Source: Lophium mytilinum
Taxonomy: Eukaryota
DNA length: 64,000 nucleotides
Reading direction: 5' to 3'
Assembly: GCA_010093605.1 (NCBI GenBank)
Contig: MU004190.1
Coordinates: forward strand, 496,001 to 560,000
Both the position numbers and the translations under genes were made by a program. Positions 25,601-37,153 of the stretch are shown here, in pieces (the stretch's first letter is position 1; each line of letters begins with the position of its first letter). The notes below the pieces were generated by a model, which was given only the letters and a program-made list of their open reading frames with translations, did not search any database and was not told where the DNA came from.

Positions 25601-28600
25601 TAAATAAACTTCCCTACTTACCCCTTACCTAAATTATAAATACTTAAATTAGCTAATAGCTCTACTATTACTAAAAAGATTACCTATAAAGCTCTTATTT
25701 CTATCGCTATTTAAGGCTATTAGGGCCGCGAATAGGCCTATATTACTAACCTTAGTAACTATAATATTATCTTAGGCCTCCGCTAGTTCTAGCGCTATAA
25801 CCTAGCCGTAGACTAGGTTACTAGTAAGATTAACTTTATAAAAGAAAAATATAATAGAATTTTCTACCCGTATTACTATTACTATATAAATAATACTAAT
25901 AGCGCTACTACCTATATAAAAGGCTTAGTACTACCTAATTTTATATATAATTATAATATTATATAACCTTCTAATTCTATAGACTCTATATAATATATAG
26001 GCATTATAGCCTACCTTACTATATACTATATAGCTGCTATTAAAGGAGACTAGCTTAATAACTTACCTTAATATATTACAGCTAACCTTACTAATACTAG
26101 TAAGGACTTCTTACTCTATTCTAACTACCTCTAGGTTATAGCCTTATAAATAAGTAATATACTAGTCTACCTCTATAAACTAGCTATATGCAATATTAAG
26201 AAATTTATAGAAGTTAAGTAATACTATACTAAAAAAGAGATATTTATAAAGCTTCCCCCTAGCCTATATAAATATATTTATATATTTAACTAAGTTAATA
26301 TAGATATACTTTCTCTATATAGACCCGAAATAGACTATAAAATTAACTAGGTTAATAGTATTAACCTTAGTAAGCTACCTAAAGCCTATCTATACCTAAT
26401 ATCTACTAATAAGCTCTAAGTAGTTAAGAAATAGCTTAATAATAATCTAGCTAAAGGCTATATTAGACACTTATAGTTATAAGTCTCTTTACCTATTCTT
26501 CTTATATGTAAGCCGGGGGGCGGTATTTAGTTCTATATTAACTATAGAGCTATTAACGCCCTTACTATTAAAATATAATACCTAATCCTACTTATCTAGA
26601 AAACCCTCTACTACCTTAGTAAAGCTAAGTAGTTTACTAAGCTTAATATTATTGCGGCCTTTAATAAAGTCTATATAGCCCCTAGCTATAAATATAAAAT
26701 AGCCTTTATAATATACTATAGTAAATATAAGTCCCTTATTATACCCTTTAGTATTATAGAAGGGCCTAGAATATTCTAATTCTTTATTAATTAAATACTA
26801 TATAACTTCCTTAATATATTCTATATAGCGTATCTTAATAATATTCTTATCTATATAGAAGGCTCTAAAGCTAACTATAAAGCTTATATTATAGCTATTC
26901 TTAAAAGACTAGAGATAGCAGGCCTATATATTAACTTATCTAAGTGCGCGTTTAACTAGAAAGAGGTTACCTACTTAGAACTTATTATTTCTACTAATAG
27001 AATCTATATAGATCTAGAGAAAGTTACTACTATTCTTAAATAGAGTATACTAAACTATATTAAAGATATTTAAGCCTTTATTAGACTATTAAACTTCTAC
27101 TAATAGTTTATCTATAGATTTTTATATATTATTAAACCTCTTACTAATATAATAAAGCTTTAAGAAGAATAGAAGAAACTCTATTTCTTATAGATAGAGG
27201 CCTATAAAAAAGGCTTCCGCGCGCTTAAAAAGGTGTTTATAGAAGCACCCGTTCTTATATACTTCTAGTATAGTAAGAAGGTTTTTCTTAAAACTAATGC
27301 TTCTAATTATATAATAGCCGGCGTTATATTCTAAATTAGGCCTAATAGCCTTCTCTACCTAGTTACCTTTTTTTCTTCTAAGATATTACTAGCTAAATAC
27401 AACTACAAGATTTATAATAAAGAGTTACTTACCGTTATTAAAGCCTTTAAAGAATAGTAACTAGAGCTTATAAGTACTAACTTTAAGAACCCGACTAATA
27501 TCCTTATAGATTACTATAATCTTAAATAGTTTATAACTATAAAGAAACTTAATTACCGCTAGGTATAATAGGCTAAGTTTCTTACTAGATTTAACTTTAA
27601 GATTATATACCGCCCTAGCATATTAGGGGGTAAGCCTAATAGCCTTACCCGCTATTTATAGAATCTACCTTACGGCCTTAATAATCTATAAAATTAATTT
27701 TAATATTAAACTATACTTAAATCTTATAACCTTAGACCTAGAGTTATACTAAATAGTAAATTACTCTTACTTTTACTAAATAATGCTAAACTAAGTAAGC
27801 CTAGCGCCCTTAGGCTATTCTATATACTTTACTAAAATAGGCTACTTCTATATACTAAGAAACTTAAGCCTCTTTTAATAATCTTACTATAATTCTCTCT
27901 TAAAATATATTCTCTCTTTCTCTTACCCCTCTAACTCGCCCCCGCTAGGCTACGCAGCCACGACTATGCTAATAATAACAGCAACGGCGATAGAAGCACT
28001 AATAAGGACTTTACAGCGCTACCCGGTAACGCTAATAAGATTTTTACAGCTCTATTAGCTAATAAGAATATTATAGCCGCTAATAAGGTTATTATAGTAT
28101 AGCTAGTTTAAGGTAATAATAATAATAATAATATTAACTATAATAATAATAACTTATAACACCTTATTAATAAGGCCTATATATACCTATTTTAATCTAA
28201 ACCTCTATATAACTCTATACTATATAAGCTTATAAATATTATTTAAAGCGGCGCCCGCTCTATTCTAAAAGCCCTCTATAACCTTATTAGTAACCTTAAT
28301 ATTAATAGCTTTAAATTATAGAATAACTAGCTATACTACTATAACTATCTATATATACTAGCCTATAACTAGCTATATACTAAGCTACTTAGCCTATCTT
28401 ATAATACTTCTATTACTAGCTACCCTAGTAAGCACAGCTTCTATAAGCTTCTTTAATATTACTACTTCTAGCCTAACTTTTATAATAATATTAAGCGCTA
28501 TATAGGCGCCTATTATAGCTACTACTAAGTAAAAGCCTTTTAAGATAAATAGTAAGAACTACTATATAGCCTTAATATACTAGATAAGTAATAGACTAAA

Positions 28601-30108
28601 ATTACTATAGATTTTATTATAGATCTACCTTCTTATATATAAAATAGATAAATATATATACTTATTTTTATTATAGTTAACTAACTATCTAAAGAATGCT
28701 ACTATATTTCTATAACTAGTAATACTATTAAAGACGTTACTAACGCCTTTATTTGCGAAGTGTTTTAACTACACGGCTTACCTAAAGTAATTATTAGTAA
28801 TTATAGCGCGCAATTTATATCTACTATATAGCGCCGCCTATATAAATAACTTAGTATTAAGCCTAAGTTTTCTACTACTTTCTATTCTAAAACTAATAGC
28901 TAGACTAAGAATACTAACTCTATTATAAAAGTATACCTATATTAGTTTATTTTATACCGCTAGAATAACTAGGTTAACTATTTTCCCCTTAGTAAATTTA
29001 CTATTAATAACTATAAATTAGCCTTAATAGGCTTTGCCCCCTTCTTTACTACTTATAGCTTCTATCTATAATTAGGTATTAAACCCTCTATACTAGTAAT
29101 AGGGCGCGCTATAGTATATAATAAGCAGCTACTAGCTAACTAATACGCCGATTAAATAAAAGAGATCCTTATAGAATGCCGCTAAGCTATTATCTAGGCT
29201 ACGGCTGCCTAAGCCTACTTTACTAATTAATATTAATAGCCACCGCTATACTTTAAAGTAGATAATCTTATCTAGCTTAATATACGCAATATTAAAACCT
29301 AGCGCCCTAATTACTTACTTAATTATAAGAATCTTAGCCCCTTCCACATTACTAAAGTTATAGACTAGGGCTATACCTTTTAGCTTAATTTTACTAGAAT
29401 ATTACTTAAAGAACGTTATACGCATAATATCTTTTATTCTTACCTTCTCTACCTCTTCTAGCCTAACTCTATACTAGAATAGAACCTACCGCCTCTACTA
29501 CCTATATAGGTTATTAACCCCTATAGAATAATAGATAATAAGTAAGATTATATTAATATATAGCTAATTAATTTTATTATAGACAGCCGTTAGTAGTAAC
29601 ACGGCTATTACGGCTATAAACTATAATACTGCGCCTAGTATAAAGGTTATACTAAACTATAGATATAGTAGAACTAGACTAACTTTAGTAAATATAGTAC
29701 TAATAAGCTTATTAGCAAGTTCTACTACTATTACTCTAATGCTAACGGCCCTTACCTAGATTTTAGGCCCAACTCTAATTAGTAATAAGTTCTTAATAAG
29801 CGCACGCTAATAATTTATAACGCGCGCGTTTATTAACTCTAATTATATACCTTATATAGTAATATTATAATATTATTTATAACTCTAAGACCCGGATCCT
29901 CTACTGCACCTAGCTAGCCGAGCTATTTTAATAGAAACGCCTACCTTTATAACGCTATAAGCACGCCCCTTTCTTATACAGTTCTTATTTAATTACTTAT
30001 AACTATATTTTCTTAGTATTTTATTTTTCTTAGTCTACTATAGCCTTACTATATAGCCTTTCCTTTTTATATAGCCTTTTCTTTCTCTTCTTTATTTTAG
30101 GGGGGTAG

Positions 30109-30310
30109 TATAATAGATCTAGCTCTATATATATTATATATTCTTAGCTATATTATATAAGCCTATACGCTAGCGCGGTTTTATACCTCTAGCCTATATT
30201 TAGCCTCCGCCGCGTAGAACCTCTACCTCTACGCAACTTTATCTTTATAAATACACTCTATTCCTTATTTAATACTATACTTTATACTTTACCTTTTATA
30301 GTCTATAATA
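30109..30310 (+). repeat. 3' LTR
   Basis: Follows the polypurine tract directly, has the same length as the 5' LTR and is followed by TSD GTATA. Confidence 0.93.
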
Positions 30311-32542
30311 GTATATAGAAAATAGAAAGTATATAGAGAATAGAGAGTATATAGAGAATAGAGAGTATATAGAAAATAGAGAGTATATAGTAGGTAGTAG
30401 AATATAGAAAAAATATAATATACTAATAACCTTCTCTATAACTACTATATTAATAAATACTTATATTTTAGTACTATACTCTATTATTTTCTTAATTATA
30501 TTCTACCTTATAGCTACTAGCTTAATAGGTAGAAGGTATATATTACTAGCCTCTACTTAGTATATAGTAAGGTATTGCATGCGCTACTTACTATTAAATA
30601 GCTATATTATAATATATTATAGCTTTATAATTAAACTAATCTACTACTATACTTATAGCTTAGTTACTATATTCTTATCTAGAATATTATAATTATAGTT
30701 AGTAGTAAAGTTACCCTTCTATTTACTAGTAAATAGTGCGCTAACTATAAGGTTAATAATATAACTAAGGCAACGTATCTATTATTTAAATTTATTAACG
30801 CTATAGGCCTTTATCTCGCGTATAAAGGTATTAAAATTTATTATATTATTAGTAATAATATAGCTAACCTACTTCTAGTAAATTCTAAATAGCTAAGAGA
30901 TATATATTAGCTGCTAGGCTATCTAGAGAGTATATAGAAGGCTGCATAATAGTAAGTATATAGAAGGCTGCAGGATAATAGTAAGTATATAGAAGGCTAT
31001 AGAAAATAGAAAGTATATACTTAGAATATCTATATTACTATATTCTTAATATTAATGCTACTATATTCTACTAGTAGCTCTAGTAGAGCTAGAACTATTA
31101 ACTAGTATATATTTATAGTATCTATAAAGTAAATATTAATACCTAGTAGTACCTTTTAATTATAAGCGGTCTAAATATCTATTAAAAAGTATAGCTTTCT
31201 AGGCGCAGCACTAAGGAGATTCTTAACTATTATTTAATAGTAATTAAACTCCCGCATTACTATTATATAAGCAGCGGTCCGGCTAAGTAGATAGTTAGCT
31301 TTATCTATAGCATTATTAAGGTAGGTAAGTAGAGTATAGAAGTATATATTCTTAATAGCTAGCGTTCTATATATTAGCCTATATATAAGTATATATTAAT
31401 AATATATTATATAGTATATTATATATATCTAGAAATAGCATTTTTATATATATAAGCTATTAAATAAGAAGCTAGAAGAAATAGATAGGCTAAAAACTAT
31501 AGATAATAGTATTAATTATTCTTTAATTAACTAGTTATAATATAGATAGCTTTAGCTATTTAATAATTAAGAGCTTTTTAGAACTAGCTTATATATACTA
31601 GCTAATAAATATTCTATATCTTTTAATAAGGTAACTTATATAATTTACCGTTTCTATACTACTATAGATATACTAGTTATAGTAGTTAATAACCTTTCTT
31701 TAATAGTAAAGTTTATAATACTAATATTACTTACTATCTACTTCTCTATAGATATTATAGCTATAAAGCTAGGTCTTACTATAGCGCGTAAATATACTCT
31801 ATAGAGGCTAATAATAGCTAGAAAGATAAGTTTAATTAATTCTATTATATATTATAGTATAGTCTATCTACACGGCCGCTTCTACTTTCTATTAGTAGTA
31901 AGCCTTCTAGATTGCCTCTATATTAGTATCTATATTAGCACCTATATTAGTATCTATATTACTATTATTAATAGGTTATTAAAGGTTAATATTCTTATTA
32001 GTAGATATATCTATAGAAGGGCAGGCAGAATAGTATATATTATAGTGCTAAGGACGTTAAGTATAATAGCCGCGTGCGGTAGAAGGTATAGCGGTAATAA
32101 GAATAGTGGCGATAAGTATAGGGGCAATAGTAATAGTAATAGTAATAAGAATAGTAGTAGTAGTACTATTATATAGAAGCTATTATAAAAACTCTATATT
32201 TTAGTAATAAATTAAGGCTATATAAAATAGAAAGTATATAGTTTATAGTAAGTATATAGCTTATAGTAAGTATATAGAGTATAGTAAGTATATAGTTATA
32301 GTCTAGTTAGTTAGCTTATATAGGTAGACTAATAAGAGGCTAAGAATTATAGACCTCTAAGCTAAACTATAATACTAAACTTATATAACCTTAATATATT
32401 AATTAATTAATTACTTTAACTAAATTAACCTGCTTATATTAAGTGATTGAACTTTTCCTAAAGAGCCCGTTGATTGATTGATTGACCAAAATCGTCAACT
32501 AATTAATCAACGAGTCAACACGTTAATTGAACGGTAGCCCTA

Positions 32543-34364
32543 ATGACAACCATTAGGTTGAGAACGAATGAAGGTAAAAAGAAGAAAAGCAGAGTCGCTT
32601 GCTCTTTGCCCAGTTTACTTTCTGATGATGGATTATCAAAAGGTGGCCAAAAGGTGGCGTATAAAGTATCGGCGCAAAACGTATCTGGTTGTATAGGTTC
32701 CCTTGGATCATACCGGCGATAGAAGCGACGAAACAGGTGAGTCCAACCAGACTAACTATTGTTAGAACCAGGTCTGACAATAATGGGTTCTCGACACGAT
32801 ATCGCATGTATTGTGGTGAGCAGACTATTGATTCTTGCCAATATCGAGGGGCCACTGAACATGTTCTCAGTAATTAGCCTGAGGAACAGAAAACATAAAC
32901 TCGGGCCACCTACCGGCATCGTCATCGTCATATAGCGTTTGTAAACAGTTGCTTTTATCTTTAGTTTTGCGTGGACGGTGGTGCATCAGGTGCACCGGGT
33001 CGACCCGTCTCGCTTCTGGGGAGCTTGTATGGGAGCCCTGAGCAGGGACATTTGGTGGACGTACGCCAAGCGCGTTGTGTGCTGCCTGACTGTTGTCATT
33101 CGGGAAGTGGTGGCTATCGGTGCTCAAATGTTGTGGATGGCCGTCGTCATTCGTCAACCCTAAGCCTTGCGGCGCTAAGAGACCATCGAGTCATTAGCGA
33201 TGAAAGATGTTTTCTCGACTTCTTTCAAGAGCGACATACCTTTAGTAGGATTGAGGAATCGTACACCATGTATCACAGACCCATCGTCTTTATTCTGCCA
33301 GTATCCCAGTCGAAGCACGGCACGATCGGCCCAACTACGAATAATAGAACGAGCCTTGTCCCGCTCAACAAATTCTAAACCCGAGAACTCTCGAAAGATA
33401 TTAGTGTTGTTGAGTAATGCGAACTGTGCGGCAAGAGACGATGGTTCCCATTTCAGGCCAGTGGTGCTACCAGTGAGCTTGATTAGGATGCATGAAACGC
33501 AAGCTATCAGAAGGGCATAAAGTACGACTAAAGAGTAGCCAACTCCAGAGGAGACGACGACTACCCAACCTTCGCTATCTTCGTTCGTCTGAACAAAGCT
33601 TGACTTGAGTGGCATGAAGAGGATTGCTGTGACCAACGTTGTGATGCTTGTGATCAGGGTCAGCCAATGGCCGTCTTTGATAAGATCTGAGGAGAAAGCT
33701 CCTCCGATAGTGAGACTGTTGATGGAGTACATCATACGCTTGTAATTAGCACTTTGAGAGCAGTCTAGAGACGATGACAACGCTGCCATTGAGATATAAG
33801 GCATGATACGAAGATACGATCGTGCAACGGCTCTCCACCAGATTGTTGAGACCGTCCCGACTAAGCCTGGTATGTACTGGAATGCTGCATGGTTGGGACT
33901 AGTGCGGACAAGAGTAGGTTTGTGTGTTTTCGTTTGATCGTAATTAGTGCCGCAATTGATGTCGCGCACAGACAGTAGAATATGAGCATGACTACGAGGA
34001 ACCAATTCTTCAGAGCGAGCGGTCGGAAATCCAGCGGAGGGTATCCTTTCGGGACCTCGATGGCGTCGTAACGATCGATTTCACGTTTTCAAAAGGATCA
34101 GTGACTTGTCTAACCATTGTGAGTTATGATAGCAGCAGTACCTGGCGATTGATGTTCCTCTTGAGATGGATCGGAGCTAGCTGCGTCGTCCCTCGAAGAG
34201 TCATCTTTTGGGATCCGCTCTTGTTGAAATTGGACCCTCGGACCACTCGAATGGGCCTCTTCTTCGTTCAGAGGTGCAGTCAGTATACTGTTCATCTCGA
34301 TATTCTGTGGCGGCCTAATGATCTCTAAACTCGTAGGGCCTGTGCTTCGGCGTCCTAAAGCCAT
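32543..34364 (-). pseudogene. 5' part of the DUF3433-like membrane protein gene
   Basis: FRPLALKNWFL, FQYIPGLVGT..W...ARSYLRIMPYISMA, TGLKWEPSSLA and LRLGYW motifs. GT-AG introns near 33175-33240 and 32857-32913. Frameshifts at 32637-32658 and ~33920. Confidence 0.75.
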
Positions 34365-35798
34365 GGCGAATCTGGTGGTGGTGTGCCAACCTGAGGAATT
34401 GTTGTAAAGTCCTGAGAGCGCCGATGGATACGAAAGAGGGAGCTTCGAAAAAGGATGTAAAGGATAGGGATAGGTAGGAGATGAGGACGGGAAAGGCTTT
34501 TTTAATCTAGATCTTGCCGGAATCGCCAGCCTTGTTCAGCCTCATCCAACTTTGGAAGACCGCAGGAACAGCTGATTTGGTATCACAAGGCTGAGACATG
34601 GCTGGGGCGCGCCAATGGGGCGAACGGTTTACCAAAGCTTCTAATTCGCCCTCCCTAAGCGAATCGTTCCGTCCCAATACCGAAAATATCACATACAGCC
34701 TCTTTTCACCTCCGATGGTGTAGCGCTCAAGCTCAGTCGATCCTAGTATAACTCTTCATTGGGCTGGCACTAAACCGGCTCGAGGATTGATTGGTTAGAA
34801 GATTGTTATGCCCCCATATAGTACTAGTACTAGGCCTTAAGTCTGGGCACACAGATCTGTCACTGCTTGGCTTCAATGTTGCTCGCTGACACCACTTTAG
34901 GGGATAGCCTGGCTGCAAGCAGCTACTTAGTCAAGAGGCAGTCTAATCTGCACTGCTTGAAACTCGACATCGCCTTTAGATCTTCTAAATCTATAGGGTA
35001 TGCCCTAAGCTGTGGCGTACCTAGTGTGCCCAGGCTTATGGCCTGTCACTGTGAAGGTGCCGGGGGCTGCTCCTTAAACGGTAAGTTTGCGGCTCAAATT
35101 AGAGAGTGGCTTTCCGGAGTGGGCGTTCCTTAGCCAATTGCTCGTGTCAAGGTGCGGGGATAAGAGGCTGGGTAACTACACCTGCAGAGAATTTCTTTAC
35201 TTTTTGCCTACCCTCGTTATTGCGCCCACAACACAGCCTAGCTCGGAAGAGGAGTATCGGCTTGCATAGTGCTAGCCACGATTCTGGGTACGCTCCGACT
35301 AGCAGACGTCGCCTGCTTCCTGTCAGTTCGTTATGTTCCTATGGAATGGTCTTTGGATTGTGAACAAGGGGATTAAATTATGGTTCAGCCTTTGTCCGAT
35401 TATCTGTACGACACCGCCGTGAAGTTCTAAGCCCACGAAACAAAGAGAGTGCAGAGAACAATAAACCAGCACATAAAGAAGCGTTTCTTTGAGCTATTGT
35501 GATCCCGTAGCGAACATGTTGAACACTCACGATCTCACCATCGCGAACTTCGAGCACGGACCAATCGCACTATTAAGAATCTTATTGAGGACGAGGCATG
35601 AAATTCCTCAATAGGGCCTCAATAGAGCGTATATTCCTGTCGAGTATTTAGCATCAAAGGCCTCCACTTTCTCCAAACCTCCTACAACAGCTTCGAACGC
35701 AAGTAGTACAGACTCACAACTTGTTTCCAAATCGAACCTCAACCACAAACCTACCAAAACCAACAACTCAACCACTCAAACCACCAAGCATCACCAAA

Positions 35799-36389
35799 AT
35801 GCTCATGTCAACCCTCCTCCTCCTCTTCGCGGCCACCTTCCCCACCGCCAAAGCCGCCCCCACAACCCCCTCCTACACCATATCCCCCCCCGACACCAAC
35901 ACCACCATCGCCAACACCACCTCTCTCTACCCTCGCGGCTCCAACGGCATCACCGACTGCAAAACCAACCATCTCCCGCCTCTGCACTGGTACGTCTCCG
36001 CCGTCGGCGACACCTGCGCCAACCTCTGGGTCAACACGCCGCTGGACCAATCCCTCTCCGTCACCACAGCCAAGTCGCTGTCCTGGGACCAAGAGATCCC
36101 AACCTTCGACAACGGCGGCCTGACCTTCCGCTTCAAGATCTACACGTCCCTCGACCGCGACTCCCTGGACCCGCTGCGCTACTTCACCTACACCGACTGC
36201 CTCGAGAACTTCGGGTACCAGGACAACATCGGCGTGCTGAGCGGCGGCGGCATGACGAAGTGCTATGCGAGCGCGGACGCGACGAGTGGCACTGGGAAGA
36301 AGGGCGATGTGCTGGTGCGGGGCGGGAGCGTGACGTATACGCCCGCGCCGATTGGGAGTAAGTTTGTTTATCAGGTCAAGCAGTCGTAG
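35799..36389 (+). CDS. Small secreted protein, 196 aa, 4 Cys; effector candidate
   Basis: Signal peptide MLMSTLLLLFAATFPTAKA, Thr/Pro-rich pro-region ending LYPR, four cysteines, strong C/G third-position codon bias, no intron. Confidence 0.8.
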   Translation: MLMSTLLLLFAATFPTAKAAPTTPSYTISPPDTNTTIANTTSLYPRGSNGITDCKTNHLPPLHWYVSAVGDTCANLWVNTPLDQSLSVTTAKSLSWDQEIPTFDNGGLTFRFKIYTSLDRDSLDPLRYFTYTDCLENFGYQDNIGVLSGGGMTKCYASADATSGTGKKGDVLVRGGSVTYTPAPIGSKFVYQVKQS

Positions 36390-37153
36390 AGGGGACGTGT
36401 GTGGGATCGGGGAACATCGACGGGTCTGGTGCGGGTCGTCAGGGCTTGTTGAGTAACTTCTTGCAGGAGGGGATACGGGTTACGGGATACCCAGGTTTCT
36501 TACTTATGCTCATGGCTAAGTGTTGTTGGCATACTTTTGTCTTTCTTTGCTTCATATTTTTGCATTGGGCGTATCGTCATAGATACCTCGATTTGATACA
36601 CAAAGAACCCCATCAAGAACCACTCTTTCTGATCGTGACATGTCCATGGACCAGAGAAGCTGTAGTCCGTATTAGCGTATGCAATAATAAGACAAAGAAA
36701 GAACACACCAACGCCGTTCCTTTGTTCGCTTCCTGATAACTACATCTTAGCCAACACCACCGTAATCAGTTAGCCGCAAAGTAGGGCATCTCGTCTGCGA
36801 CCACGTTCAAGTAGACATAATCTTCCCATTTACTTTTATAGATAAAACCGCCCCTCTTCCCCTCCCAACTCTGAAATCATAGTACACTACAATTTTGACC
36901 TTCTCCACGTTTCGCTCTACCCCTACTTCGAGGCCCCTATATCCCCATCGTACTTTTTCGGCAATGAGGCGCACACACACCACCGATGCAGAGGAGTAAG
37001 GAAGAAGCTCAGACCCTCCCAGTAAGTGCATACCGACCCGGCTGAAAAGGCACAAGAAGGACAAAAGATCAAATAGAAAAATGAGAAAGCTTCACTTGAG
37101 TTGATAAATCAGCTCCACCCCCAGCTCCATTCATCCCCATATTCCATGTTGCT

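Larger units (their letters stand above)
22421..30310 (+). mobile_element. RIP-inactivated full-length Ty3/Gypsy LTR retrotransposon, probably chromovirus-like
   Basis: Two 202-bp LTRs, TSD GTATA (22416-22420 and 30311-30315), PPT AGGGGGGTAG before the 3' LTR. De-RIPed motifs in Gypsy order: protease-like DTG (~25550), RT YLDDILIY (26831), RNase H ETDASDY and NYEIYDKELL (27290-27430), integrase MDFI.DLP (28600) and STAFHPETDGQTE (28871), chromodomain-like KGY..W (~29620-29690). Confidence 0.93.
20920..32542 (-). mobile_element. RIP-inactivated hAT DNA transposon (~3.7 kb once the nested LTR element is removed)
   Basis: TSD ATGACAAC at 20912-20919 and 32543-32550. TIRs CAGGGCTGCCGTTTAATTAA / TTAATTGAACGGTAGCCCTA (terminal TG to TA fits RIP). 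Reversing RIP on the minus strand gives TDNA.N (~30830-30870), IRCLGHIINL (~30745-30778), TRWN (~30495-30515) and the hAT dimerisation domain DPVEYW..FPQLARMALD..ER.F..AG (~21240-21440). Confidence 0.9.

Noticed and set aside
17250..36500. Starship-type giant element
   Set aside because: No tyrosine-recombinase captain gene or boundary repeats identified.
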